DNA from: a virus
Direction: 5' to 3' (one strand)
Length of the DNA stretch: 44,178 nt
Virus record (IMG/VR): IMGVR_UViG_3300045988_042256
A program made the position numbers and the translations under genes. Below, piece by piece: positions 43,782 through 44,178 of this stretch (the stretch's first letter is position 1; each line of letters begins with the position of its first letter). The notes under the pieces were generated by a model. The model saw only the letters and a program-made list of their open reading frames with translations. It was not told the origin of the DNA and made no database searches.

Positions 43782-43993
43782 TAAAATTGAAATTTAAACT
43801 AGATGATATTATGACAACCCAAGAGGCTGCAGAGCGGTGGAATGTTACTGCTGATTCTCTTAAACAAAACTGTAGAGGTCGTGTGAAGAACGGATTTAAA
43901 GAAGGCGAGTTTAAGAAGTCGGGGAAAATGTGGCTAGTTACACGTCAAGGAATGGAAAGACTATACGGGAAAGAAGTGGATCGTTCTATATAA
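43778..43993 (+). CDS. Small excisionase/AlpA-like HTH protein
   Basis: TTQEAAERWNVTADSLKQ...GKMWLVTRQGMERLYG fits the HTH_17/Xis pattern. The start is ambiguous (GTG 43778, TTG 43787 or ATG 43811). Confidence 0.55.
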   Translation: MIKLKFKLDDIMTTQEAAERWNVTADSLKQNCRGRVKNGFKEGEFKKSGKMWLVTRQGMERLYGKEVDRSI

Positions 43994-44008
43994 TGGATAT
44001 ATTATATA

Positions 44009-44027
44009 TGACATCATTTTGACATCA
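44009..44027 (+). promoter_or_regulatory. Arm-type repeat pair TGACATCATTTTGACATCA (P arm)
   Basis: Identical 19-mer to 131-149 beside attL. Confidence 0.5.
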
Positions 44028-44133
44028 ATTTATATAAAAATATAGTAAAATATACAACTATATATATGTTAATAAAGTAGGTAACTACCGCATTTGTTGG
44101 TTTTGTAAACGTGTTTTAAATGCCACGCCATCT

Positions 44134-44178
44134 TGAGGGGGTGGTGAGCGTACGCTCGTGAGGGTTCAAGTCCCTCCA
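44134..44178 (+). repeat. attR core (right copy of the 45-bp direct repeat; start of the displaced tRNA 3' segment)
   Basis: Identical to 1-45 and truncated by the window end. The upstream phage bases CCATC can still pair with GGTGG as an anticodon stem. Confidence 0.85.

Overview
The window is essentially one complete temperate prophage of about 44.1 kb with a contractile tail. It sits in the 3' end of a class II tRNA, probably tRNA-Leu, and is bounded by identical 45-bp direct repeats at 1-45 and 44134-44178; the repeats may extend past the window edges. Gene order, left to right: tyrosine integrase; accessory genes (a PemK/MazF-like protein and a secreted protein); an ImmA/ImmR-type protease and repressor pair; a divergent switch region carrying repeated ATACGAAAT operator motifs; Cro-like, HTH and Xis-like genes; a YadA-type trimeric autotransporter adhesin moron; an early, recombination and replication block (PcfJ-like, Rad50/SbcC-like ATPase, Bro/KilAC antirepressor, RecT, MBL-fold hydrolase, replisome organiser with internal iterons, DnaC-like loader, RusA); an ArpU-like late regulator; a terminator-insulated minus-strand mini-gene; lambda-like packaging and head genes (TerS, GpA-type TerL, gpW, portal, ClpP-like protease, decoration protein, gpE-like capsid); a P2/Mu-like tail (sheath, tube, chaperone with a TTTTTTG -1 frameshift, tape measure, gpX/D/V/U/W/J/I analogues, fibre); collagen-like fibres; a lysis cassette; and a strongly promoted small-peptide moron next to attR. 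The AT-rich composition, together with a TAA adhesin that has a coiled-coil after its membrane anchor, suggests a diderm Firmicute host such as Veillonella. That host call is inference only. The most interesting feature is a shufflon-like tail-fibre switch. The expressed fibre gene is followed by two inverted, start-less alternative C-terminal cassettes. Each cassette begins at the same Gln-Trp-Gly-coding core (CCAGTGGGG), and a dedicated second tyrosine recombinase is encoded immediately adjacent. All functional calls rest on motif recognition, gene order and reading the sequence by eye. No database search was run.
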